The position numbers and the translations under genes were made by a program. The notes beneath the pieces are model-generated. The model did no database searches, was not told the origin of the DNA, and saw nothing but the letters and a program-made list of their open reading frames with translations. A stretch of DNA of 40,023 nucleotides from Candidatus Bathyarchaeia archaeon (lineage in GTDB: Archaea; Thermoproteota; Bathyarchaeia; Bathyarchaeales; Bathycorpusculaceae): contig JAVZLK010000012.1 in NCBI GenBank assembly GCA_038883795.1, positions 1 to 40,023 on the forward strand, given 5' to 3'. Below are positions 8,392 to 16,997 of this stretch, piece after piece. The number at the start of each line of letters is the position of its first letter. Positions within the stretch are counted from its first letter, which is position 1.

Positions 8392-9389
8392 GCTTTGCTA
8401 AAGATTTATTGAGACAAACATTAAGGAGGCAGTTACTAATTCGTTCACTTTATCTCCTTCCAAGCTATGTCCAAATCGAGCCAACGGCAAAATGTAACCT
8501 AAGCTGCAAGACTTGCATAAGATCTAGGGCAAACCCGGTTGAAGAAGCTGACATGAATCTCGGTTTGTTTAAATCAATTGTAGACCAGTTAAGGCAATCA
8601 TGGTATAAAACGAGGGCTTTGAACCTCACCGGACTTGGAGAACCATTCATGAACCCAAATTTGGTTCAAATGGTAAGTTACGCCAAAGATAAGGGCTTGA
8701 ACGTTGGTATGAATACCAATTTAACGATGGTAAATGAGGACATATTAAAGAATTTAATAAAGGCCGGACTTGATTGGCTAACGGTTTCCATTGATGGTGC
8801 TACAAAGGAAACGTTTGAAAACATAAGAGTTGGAGCCATATTTGAGGGAGTGGTTGAAAACATAAAGTTCACTATTGATTTAAGGGAAAGGATGAATGCC
8901 AAAAGACCACGAATCTATTTAAACTATACGATATGTGAACAAAATATTCAAGAGATACCGGAAATGATTAAATTAGCTGATGATTTGAGAGTAAATGGCA
9001 TAGGTTTTATGAAACAAGTTGTCCCTGGTATAAGTTATTCAGAAAAGCCACCGCTAAATCCGTTGCCTGAAAATAAGTGGCTCAATAGAAAGATTAAGGC
9101 CACTTTTCACTTGACTGTGGTGTCAAGCTGTGTGGTTCCTAGAAGTTGTTATATAACTTTCGATGGCAAAGTTCTGCCGTGCTATCCTTTATATGAACTT
9201 GTTCCTAGAGGTGAATATTCATCTTACCAATTTGGGGACTTGAGCGCGCAGTCACTCCGTGAAATTTGGTTTTCAATGCGTTATAGAAACTTCCGCGCCA
9301 AAAACATTAGCGGAACACGATTGCCTATATGTAAAAGTTGCCCTTTTGGAAAGGTTGAATTAAACCGAAAAATAGACGCTTCCAGATGA
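8388..9389 (+). CDS. radical SAM protein with SPASM/twitch-like C-terminal domain
   Basis: CNLSCKTC, GLGEPF, NTN, VSIDG...IRVG; C-terminal C...GKVLPC...G.L....L.EIW...CKSC. Confidence 0.92.
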   Translation: MSFAKDLLRQTLRRQLLIRSLYLLPSYVQIEPTAKCNLSCKTCIRSRANPVEEADMNLGLFKSIVDQLRQSWYKTRALNLTGLGEPFMNPNLVQMVSYAKDKGLNVGMNTNLTMVNEDILKNLIKAGLDWLTVSIDGATKETFENIRVGAIFEGVVENIKFTIDLRERMNAKRPRIYLNYTICEQNIQEIPEMIKLADDLRVNGIGFMKQVVPGISYSEKPPLNPLPENKWLNRKIKATFHLTVVSSCVVPRSCYITFDGKVLPCYPLYELVPRGEYSSYQFGDLSAQSLREIWFSMRYRNFRAKNISGTRLPICKSCPFGKVELNRKIDASR

Positions 9390-9437
9390 ACCACCGAAGA
9401 TTTAAAACAGATTTTATGCAGTTTTGTTGGGATTTAT

Positions 9438-10601
9438 TTGAAAGTTAAAGAGGTTGATTTTCAAAGTTTAAAAAATGATTGGGATACACTATTAAACAGA
9501 AATATTTTAGGAAACAACGTTTTTCTTACATGGGAGTGGCTTTCAACGTGGTGGAAACACTTCGGCGAAGGAAGGAAATTACTACTTTTAATCGTTGAAG
9601 ATAAAGGTGAAATTATAGCAATCGCCCCATTAATGTTATCCAAGTATAAACTACCAATTTTCGGCACAATTAAAAAAGTTGAATTCGTTGGAGTTGGGCA
9701 ATCCGACTATAACAATTTTATAATTTTGAAAAAGGAAGCAGAATGTATTAAGTTTATATTAGATTATTTAGTAAATGCAGTGGCGGATTGGGATTGGGTT
9801 GAACTCAAGGAAATCCCAGAAACAAGTGAGAATCTTAATTATTTAGGGAAAGTTTTTGCCAGTACACAGCAGGAGTTAAAACTAAACAAACGTGTCTGTA
9901 ACATGTGCCCCTATATTCCTCTACCAAATTCCTTTGATATGTTACTTAAGAAATTAGGTAGAAACATGAGGCAAAACCTAAATAAGTATTTAAGAAAAAT
10001 TAAATCAAATCATCGTATCATTGAGTTCAAAAAGTACGATGAAACAGGTTTTTCCGTGGCAGATGCTATGAAGCTTTTTACGAAGTTGCATGAGGCAAGA
10101 TGGACCGCTGAAGGATCAGGCGGAGCTTTTAAGAACAACCCATGCTTCCGTAACTTTCATTTTGAAGTAGCGGAAATCTTTGCTAATAAAGGGTGGTTAG
10201 GGCTTTATTTTCTACTAGTCGACCATGAACCTGTTTCAACACAATACGCCTTTGAGTACGAAGGCAAAATATACTATTACTTAGGAGGTTTCAATCCGGA
10301 GTACTCCCGATATTCCGTGGGAAATCTAACTATAATGTTTCTTTTAGAAAGAGGTATACAAAAAGGTTTTAAAGAATATGACATGATGAGAGGAAACGAA
10401 CCATACAAGTTATTTTGGACACGCAATGTTAGAAGAAATTTTGAGATAAGACTTGTAAAGAAGGGAATAACCAGAAAGGTTTACAATTGGTTGACATGGA
10501 GCGACGTAGTCAATAGTCTTGCTGCAAAATTAAAGCTCTCATTAAAAATGGACTGTGCCCAGCAAATTTTAAGGAGCGTTTCTAATGAGCCAAAAAAATA
10601 A
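9438..10601 (+). CDS. CelD/BcsL family GNAT (Acetyltransf_6; FemAB-like double-GNAT architecture)
   Basis: FLTWEWLSTWW, IAIAPL, SDY, RQNLNKYLRK, LH..RW, YYYLGGFNPEYSRYSVG, YDMMRGNEPYK..W. Confidence 0.9.
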   Translation: MKVKEVDFQSLKNDWDTLLNRNILGNNVFLTWEWLSTWWKHFGEGRKLLLLIVEDKGEIIAIAPLMLSKYKLPIFGTIKKVEFVGVGQSDYNNFIILKKEAECIKFILDYLVNAVADWDWVELKEIPETSENLNYLGKVFASTQQELKLNKRVCNMCPYIPLPNSFDMLLKKLGRNMRQNLNKYLRKIKSNHRIIEFKKYDETGFSVADAMKLFTKLHEARWTAEGSGGAFKNNPCFRNFHFEVAEIFANKGWLGLYFLLVDHEPVSTQYAFEYEGKIYYYLGGFNPEYSRYSVGNLTIMFLLERGIQKGFKEYDMMRGNEPYKLFWTRNVRRNFEIRLVKKGITRKVYNWLTWSDVVNSLAAKLKLSLKMDCAQQILRSVSNEPKK

Positions 10602-11268
10602 AGTAATAGTAGTATTTGCTCCACATCCTGATGATGAGACATTTGGATGCGGTGGAACAATTGCTAAAAAAATTAGCGAAGGTTTTAATGTTTTAGTGGT
10701 TGTAATGACTGATGGCAGAAACCTGTTAAAAAGTATTCTAAACATTGAAGATGATCCTCCGCCTAACGATGTTAAAGACATTAGAAGAAAAGAGGTGCTT
10801 AAAGCCACTAAAATTCTCGGTATACCTCATGATAATGTAATATTTTTTGATTTCGAGGATGGGTGTCTCAGCGATTATGAAGCGGAAGCCGAGGAGAAAG
10901 TTTGTGAAATATTGAGTCGTTATCGGCCTGTTGAGGTGTATCTTCCATTTGAAAATGATGGCCATAGGGATCACATAGTGACGAATAGAATAGTGAAAAA
11001 ATGTGTAAAAGAGCTTAATTTGGAGCCTGAAATGTATCAATATTGTATTATGCATAAGTTTGCACGCTTCGGACCAATATTTGAGAGAATAATAGGCTTA
11101 TTTAGAAAAAACATTGTTAAAGTGGATGTTTCGCAATTCTTGAAGATCAAAGAATTGGCTGTCAAGGAGTTTAAGAGTGAGTTTTCTATAATTTCAAGCA
11201 AGCAAAGTAAACCTTTAGAAGATAAAATCGATAAATACCTAAAAAAGAATGAGTTCTTCTTCCGATAA
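10585..11268 (+). CDS. PIG-L/LmbE family N-acetyl-sugar deacetylase (MshB/BshB-like)
   Basis: APHPDDETFGCGG, TDG, RRKE, DG, GHRDH metal-binding and catalytic motifs. Confidence 0.92.
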   Translation: MSQKNKVIVVFAPHPDDETFGCGGTIAKKISEGFNVLVVVMTDGRNLLKSILNIEDDPPPNDVKDIRRKEVLKATKILGIPHDNVIFFDFEDGCLSDYEAEAEEKVCEILSRYRPVEVYLPFENDGHRDHIVTNRIVKKCVKELNLEPEMYQYCIMHKFARFGPIFERIIGLFRKNIVKVDVSQFLKIKELAVKEFKSEFSIISSKQSKPLEDKIDKYLKKNEFFFR

Positions 11269-11316
11269 TTAAGGAGAACTACTTACCAAAATAATTCTAA
11301 TGTTAAAGCGATTGAA

Positions 11317-12429
11317 ATGATACAGTTTTTGTTTTTAATTTCTCTATTCATCTTCTTGACAACTTATTCAGTATACTTTCCCTACCTAAGCAGGTATGCT
11401 AAGAAATCTTGGAATATTAAAGTTGATATCTCATTTGAGCCTGAAATGTCAATCTTAATTCCCGCACATGACGAAGAAGATAACATAGAGGCAAAGCTCG
11501 AAAACATTAGAAATGTTTCATATCCCAAAGCGAAGATCGAAATAATAGTGGCAGATGACGGTTCAATTGATAATACGGTGCAAAAGGTTCAAAGTTTTAT
11601 GCAAAGATACCCAGATTTTAAAATTAAATTGGTGAAGCAGAATCCGCGGGCTGGAAAATCAGCTGCATTAAATAAAGCATTGCTAGTTTGTACTAAACCT
11701 ATTATAGTTGTTTCCGATGCGGACACAAGGTGGCCCCCAGATATTTTAAGGAAAGCTATGCCCTATCTGGCTGATCCAAGTGTTGGCGCTGTTACTGGGC
11801 GAGGCGTAAACTTGAATGCTGAGGAGTCATGGGTGACTAGGGCTGAAGAATCATACTTGCAGCTTGTGAATTTATTGAGGCTTGGCGAATCAAAGATTCA
11901 TTCAACAATAAGATTTGAGGGTGGATTCTGTGCTTATAAGCGAACTGCCTTTGATATGTTTGATTGTGAGACAGGTTCAGACGATTCTGGAACGGCGTTG
12001 AGGGTTGTCTCCAAGGGTTACCGAAGCATATTAGTTCCAGAAGTTATATTTTATACGAATTTTCCACCAAGCTTCACCGCGAAGTTTAGAATTAAGGTTC
12101 GGCGTGCCAATCAGTTGATTGGATTATGGTTTAAATGTCTAAAGCTTCTTTTTGGAAGGAATCTTTCTCTGCCTAAAAAAATAGCGGTACCTGAAATAGC
12201 GCTGTTTATCTTTAACCCAATGGTATTTTTGTTGTCGACAGTCAGCGGCATGATTTTAGTAATTATGAATCCATTTTCTCCGTTAAGTTTGGCGATCATT
12301 TTTTCGGTTTTAATCTCATTAGTTTTGGCGAGGCAAGCCTTTATTGAGCTTCTTATTGATAACATCATTTTGGCCTATGCCACAACCACTTTCCTGTTTG
12401 GTCGGCGTTATGTTGCTTGGGGAAGATGA
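11317..12429 (+). CDS. membrane GT2 glycosyltransferase (cellulose-synthase-like layout)
   Basis: IPAHDEE, DDGS, GKSAALN, DAD, SDD, and KVRRA in place of QxxRW; N- and C-terminal TM segments. Confidence 0.88.
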   Translation: MIQFLFLISLFIFLTTYSVYFPYLSRYAKKSWNIKVDISFEPEMSILIPAHDEEDNIEAKLENIRNVSYPKAKIEIIVADDGSIDNTVQKVQSFMQRYPDFKIKLVKQNPRAGKSAALNKALLVCTKPIIVVSDADTRWPPDILRKAMPYLADPSVGAVTGRGVNLNAEESWVTRAEESYLQLVNLLRLGESKIHSTIRFEGGFCAYKRTAFDMFDCETGSDDSGTALRVVSKGYRSILVPEVIFYTNFPPSFTAKFRIKVRRANQLIGLWFKCLKLLFGRNLSLPKKIAVPEIALFIFNPMVFLLSTVSGMILVIMNPFSPLSLAIIFSVLISLVLARQAFIELLIDNIILAYATTTFLFGRRYVAWGR

Positions 12430-12442
12430 TTAAAACAGAACT

Positions 12443-13345
12443 TTGGTGATTATATTGGGCTTGGTTGGATTGGCTGAATGTAAAAACCGAAGTGCCAACT
12501 TGATTAAAGAAGCTGTTCGAGAAGCGCTTAAATTAATTGATTTCTCATTTCCTAAGGCTAAAAAAATAGTTATTAAGCCAAATATGTGTTATTACTGGGA
12601 TTGGTCTACTGGACAAACCACAGATCCAATGTTTGTTGTTGCATTGATAAACCTACTTCGGGAGGAAATTTCTGAAGACGTTGAAATTTCTGTTGTAGAA
12701 TCCGATGCATCAGCTATGAAGTGTAAGTATGCCTTCAAGCATTTGGGTTATGAAAAGCTTGCGAAAGAGTATGATGTGAACTTAGTTAATCTTTCTGAAA
12801 CCGAATCCGAAAAAACATCAGTGAAAGTTGAAAATGAGATCTTTGAGTTTTTGGTTCCTAAGATCATAAAAGACGCGGATTTACGTGTGAATGTTCCTAA
12901 GATGAAGTATATGAATTTCACAAAAATTTCTGGTGCATTAAAAAACATTTATGGATGCAATCCTTACCCAAAGAAGTTTCAGTACCATTCGAAACTAAAT
13001 GAGGTAATTGTAGCATTGAATAAAGTTATGCCGTTCAACCCGCATATCCTTGATGGTTTAACCGTTTGCGGCTCGAAAACTTTAAGACTAGGACTTGTTA
13101 TGGCAAGCCAAGATCCAGTGGCTATGGATGCTGTTGTCTCAACAATTTTGGGCATTAACCCTAGATCCGTGACGCATATAAAACTTGCAGAAAAGGAAGG
13201 TTTGGGAAGCACTTCTTACATAGAAAGAGGAGTGAACTTAGACTACTTTAAAAGGAAATATCCTAGAAGAAAGTTTTCAGAAAAGGTTTTGTCTTTTGGG
13301 TACATGGCCGTGTGCAAATTGGGTTTAGATAAACGCTTAATATAA
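12443..13345 (+). CDS. DUF362 domain protein
   Basis: IVIKPN, TTDP, VPKMK, SGALKN.YG, DG, S.DPVAMD motifs. Confidence 0.85.
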   Translation: MVIILGLVGLAECKNRSANLIKEAVREALKLIDFSFPKAKKIVIKPNMCYYWDWSTGQTTDPMFVVALINLLREEISEDVEISVVESDASAMKCKYAFKHLGYEKLAKEYDVNLVNLSETESEKTSVKVENEIFEFLVPKIIKDADLRVNVPKMKYMNFTKISGALKNIYGCNPYPKKFQYHSKLNEVIVALNKVMPFNPHILDGLTVCGSKTLRLGLVMASQDPVAMDAVVSTILGINPRSVTHIKLAEKEGLGSTSYIERGVNLDYFKRKYPRRKFSEKVLSFGYMAVCKLGLDKRLI

Positions 13346-13359
13346 AGCCGTGAGAAGTT

Positions 13360-14358
13360 ATGGAAAAAGTTAATTTAGGCATTATCGGGCTTGGTTTTAT
13401 AGGTAAAGTTCACTTAAGAAACAGCATTAAATTGAAATCTGCCAAGGTTTTAGCTGTTGCGGATGTATCTAGGAGGGCTTTAGACTATGCTAGAAACTTC
13501 GGCGTTAAACATTTGTTCACAGATTACCATAGTCTATTAAAATTTAGAGATGTTGATGCTGTGATAATTTCACTTCCTACTCATCTTCATGCGGAGTGCG
13601 CAATAAGTGCAATGGAAGAAGGAAAACATGTTTTTTTGGAGAAGCCTCTTGCAAGGAATCCAGAAGAAGGAGAAAAAATAGTTTCAACTGCAAATAAAAA
13701 TGGTGTAAAATTAATTGTAGGTTATCCTTTGAGGTTTGTTCCTGAATTTAAAAAGCTTAAGGAGGAAATTGAAAGTGGAGTTTTAGGGGACGTGCAGATA
13801 GCGCACGCTGTTAACATTGGCGCTGGTCCTTTTTTCCATAGGGCTGAGAGCACTATACCTAAGCCCGTTCCAGAGTGGTGGCTTAATAAAGACTTGACTG
13901 GTGGGGGAGTGTTAACAGACTTGGGGAGCCATATGATAAATTTGACACGCTGGTACTTTGGGGAAGTCAAGGAAATTAAAGCTTGCCTCGGTTACCGCTT
14001 TAATTTAGATGTTGAAGATCATGCAATATGTATTGCTGATTTTAACTCCGGAGTAAAAGCTGTCATAAATGTGGGTTGGTTTTCTCAAAAAGCAGCTATA
14101 GGCATTGAGTTATACGGAACGATAAGCCATTTCAGTTTTTTTGAACATCCACAAAATAAAGTGATGACGGCTATAAACTTAATTTTTGGTAAATTGCCGA
14201 AATTCTTTAAGCCTTACTTTGCTGAGCTGAAGCAATTCGTTGATTGTATAAAAAATGATGAGGGAGTTCCTATTCCTTCTGGTTATGATGCGTTAGAAGA
14301 TTTGAAGGTAATAGCTAAAGCATATAGAAATCAATTGCTTGATGCTGCCTTATCATAG
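13360..14358 (+). CDS. Gfo/Idh/MocA family oxidoreductase (probable NDP-sugar dehydrogenase)
   Basis: GLGFIG, LPTHLH, LEKP, GGGVLTDLGSH. Confidence 0.92.
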   Translation: MEKVNLGIIGLGFIGKVHLRNSIKLKSAKVLAVADVSRRALDYARNFGVKHLFTDYHSLLKFRDVDAVIISLPTHLHAECAISAMEEGKHVFLEKPLARNPEEGEKIVSTANKNGVKLIVGYPLRFVPEFKKLKEEIESGVLGDVQIAHAVNIGAGPFFHRAESTIPKPVPEWWLNKDLTGGGVLTDLGSHMINLTRWYFGEVKEIKACLGYRFNLDVEDHAICIADFNSGVKAVINVGWFSQKAAIGIELYGTISHFSFFEHPQNKVMTAINLIFGKLPKFFKPYFAELKQFVDCIKNDEGVPIPSGYDALEDLKVIAKAYRNQLLDAALS

Positions 14359-14382
14359 AAGCGCCTTTGTGGGAGACACATT

Positions 14383-15276
14383 ATGCCATCTAAACCAATT
14401 GTAACCGTGGGTGTTTGTGTTAAGAACTGTGCTCAAATAATTTGTGATGCTATTGAAAGTATTTTAGTGCAGGATTATCCTCACGAGCTTATGGAAGTGA
14501 TTTTCGTTGACGATGGCAGCGAAGACGAAACTCTCTCGATAATAAAAGAATATGCTTCTAGAATGAAAATGAAAGTTAAGGTTTTTCATCATAAGTGGCG
14601 TGGTCTTGGTTTTTCAAGAAATGTGGTGGTAAATAATGCGGAGGGTAAACACATTATTTGGGTAGATGGAGACATGGTGTTGCCGAAGGATTTTATTAGA
14701 AAGCAAGTAGCCTTTATGGAAGCGCATCCGGAAGCTGGAATTGGCAAAGGCCAATATGGCTTATTTGAAACGAGCAACCTCATTGAGTACCTAGAAAATA
14801 TAAGCGCTTTTTTAGAATTCACTAAGAGCGATTTAAACCAAAATTACAAACCTCTTGGCACGGGCGGTTCGATCTACAGAACTGAGGCAATTAAGAAAAT
14901 TGGAGGCTTTAATAGCGCGCTTAAAGGCGTAGGCGAAGATATGGACGTGGAATTGAGAATGATCAAAGCTGGATGGAAGTTGTTCATAACCCCCGCAACT
15001 TTTTACGAAAAACGGAGGCGAAGCTGGAAAATGTTGTGGAATGAATACTTTTGGCATGGCTGCGGTGGAAAGAACATAAAAAGAGAACTGAAACAATTTC
15101 GAGGGATACTCCCTAAATTCTTTCCCTCAGTCGCGCTTTTAATTATTGTTTCACGAGCAATTTCAGCTTACAAAATAACTCGAAACAAAGCATCCTTCTT
15201 ACTTCCTTTACATTGGATTTTCAAGAGGACCGCATGGGTAGCTGGTTTTCTGTTCGGGTCTTCGACTAAATACTGA
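14383..15276 (+). CDS. GT2 glycosyltransferase
   Basis: VDDGSED, RN, WVDGD, GGF, GED motifs; paralog of 16046..16975. Confidence 0.92.
   Translation: MPSKPIVTVGVCVKNCAQIICDAIESILVQDYPHELMEVIFVDDGSEDETLSIIKEYASRMKMKVKVFHHKWRGLGFSRNVVVNNAEGKHIIWVDGDMVLPKDFIRKQVAFMEAHPEAGIGKGQYGLFETSNLIEYLENISAFLEFTKSDLNQNYKPLGTGGSIYRTEAIKKIGGFNSALKGVGEDMDVELRMIKAGWKLFITPATFYEKRRRSWKMLWNEYFWHGCGGKNIKRELKQFRGILPKFFPSVALLIIVSRAISAYKITRNKASFLLPLHWIFKRTAWVAGFLFGSSTKY
14467..14555 (+). repeat. 89-bp perfect direct repeat, copy 1
   Basis: GTGCAGGATTATCCTCACGAG...TAAAAGAATATGC is identical to 16151-16239. Confidence 0.95.
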
Positions 15277-15312
15277 TTAAAGATAAGGATATTCCAGTAG
15301 TCGGAATGCAGC

Positions 15313-16044
15313 ATGAAAAGCCTGATTGTCTTTGCACCACATCCTGATGACGAAACACTAGGATGTGGCGGAACTATAGTCAAAAAGATCAGAGAAGGCT
15401 ACGAAGTTTTTGTTGTTTATATGACTGATGGCAGATACGCCTTAACAGAAGTTGGAGAAAACAAAATTTTAGATCCTTTAGATATGAAAGAGCAAAGAAG
15501 AAAAGATGCATTAAAAGCCGCAGAAATATTGGGTTTAAAAGAAAAAAATTTGTGTTTTCTCGACATTGAAGATAAAACATTAAAAAGGCATAAGCAATAC
15601 GCACAAAAAATTGTTTTTGAAATCATGAAGAACATTAAGCCTTCAGAGATTTTTTTTCCTCAAGAGAAAGAGTATAACCTGGATCATCAAATGACACATG
15701 TTATTGTCGAAGTAGTGTGTGAAAGATTAAAGGTTAACCCGATTAAATATCAATATTCAATTGCTTGGATGTTTCCATTCTACCTCTTAAACCATCTTAC
15801 AAATGAAGGCATATTTGACTTCATAATGTGTCGTTATTTAAAATGCAACATGGTTCGTGTGGATATTTCTAAGTTCTTGCCAGTTAAGGAAATGGCAATA
15901 AAAGCCTATCGTAGCCAGAGGTTGCTTCTTTCAAACAAACAAAAACAACCAGCCCTTAAAGCCTCCTTTATATCGCGCTTCTTAAGGAATTACGAGAAAT
16001 TCTTTGTCAAACGCCCATATTGTGAGTATGCTGATCGTGGCTGA
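15313..16044 (+). CDS. PIG-L/LmbE family deacetylase
   Basis: APHPDDETLGCGG, TDG, RRKD, YNLDH (HxDH variant), YRSQ. Confidence 0.9.
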   Translation: MKSLIVFAPHPDDETLGCGGTIVKKIREGYEVFVVYMTDGRYALTEVGENKILDPLDMKEQRRKDALKAAEILGLKEKNLCFLDIEDKTLKRHKQYAQKIVFEIMKNIKPSEIFFPQEKEYNLDHQMTHVIVEVVCERLKVNPIKYQYSIAWMFPFYLLNHLTNEGIFDFIMCRYLKCNMVRVDISKFLPVKEMAIKAYRSQRLLLSNKQKQPALKASFISRFLRNYEKFFVKRPYCEYADRG

Positions 16045-16045
16045 T

Positions 16046-16975
16046 ATGGAAGGAAACAACAACGAGCTTATAAACAGACCTAAAGTTACCATTGGGGTCT
16101 GCGTCAGAAATTGTGAGAATACGATAAGAAAGGCTATTGAGAGTGTTATGGTGCAGGATTATCCTCACGAGCTTATGGAAGTGATTTTCGTTGACGATGG
16201 CAGCGAAGACGAAACTCTCTCGATAATAAAAGAATATGCGTCAAAAATGGACATGAAAGTCAAAATATTCCACCATAGATGGAAAGGGTTAGGTGCATCG
16301 AGAAACGTCGTTGTCAAAAACGCTTCAGGAGAATATATCATCTGGGTTGACGGTGATATGATAATTCCGAAGGACCACGTACGGAAACAGGTTGTTTTTA
16401 TGGAGGAAAATCCAAATGTAGGAATAGCTAAAGCTAAGTATGGAATATCCAATAATCAGAGTTTAGTCGCTAAATTAGAGGATGTTCCTTTTGTTATCAT
16501 AAGTTTGCAAAATCATGTAGATGGTTTAAAACTATCTGGAACTGGAGGTTCAATTTATAAGACCATCGCAATTCGTCAAGTAGGAGGTTTCGATGAAAGT
16601 TTAAGTGGAGTAGGTGAGGATTTAGACGCAGTATACAGAATATTGCAAACCGGTTGGATTATTCGAGGTAGCCCAGCAATCTTTTTTGAGATCAGAGAAA
16701 CGACTTGGAAAAGTATATGGAGAAAATATGTATGGTATGGTTATGGAAACTTTTTTGTATATTCTAAAAATAAATCAGTTTTTAAGCTTTACAAAATGAT
16801 TCCACCCGCCGGATTTTTGACCGGTCTCTTCTACTCATTCCATGCATATAGGCTGTTGTGCCAAAAGGAAGTTTTCCTTTTGCCTCTGCATTTTCTTTTT
16901 AAGTCGTTTGCTTGGTATGTTGGCTTTTTGTGGGCATATTTCAAAAAGAAAAATCGGGAGCTCATTAAGTGGTAA
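16046..16975 (+). CDS. GT2 glycosyltransferase
   Basis: VDDGSED, WVDGD, GGFDE, GED motifs. Start placed at ATG 16046, just after the upstream stop (ORF track start 16004). Confidence 0.92.
   Translation: MEGNNNELINRPKVTIGVCVRNCENTIRKAIESVMVQDYPHELMEVIFVDDGSEDETLSIIKEYASKMDMKVKIFHHRWKGLGASRNVVVKNASGEYIIWVDGDMIIPKDHVRKQVVFMEENPNVGIAKAKYGISNNQSLVAKLEDVPFVIISLQNHVDGLKLSGTGGSIYKTIAIRQVGGFDESLSGVGEDLDAVYRILQTGWIIRGSPAIFFEIRETTWKSIWRKYVWYGYGNFFVYSKNKSVFKLYKMIPPAGFLTGLFYSFHAYRLLCQKEVFLLPLHFLFKSFAWYVGFLWAYFKKKNRELIKW
16151..16239 (+). repeat. 89-bp perfect direct repeat, copy 2
   Basis: Identical to 14467-14555; flanking bases differ on both sides. Confidence 0.95.
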
Positions 16976-16997
16976 GTTACGGCAACCATACACCTTT

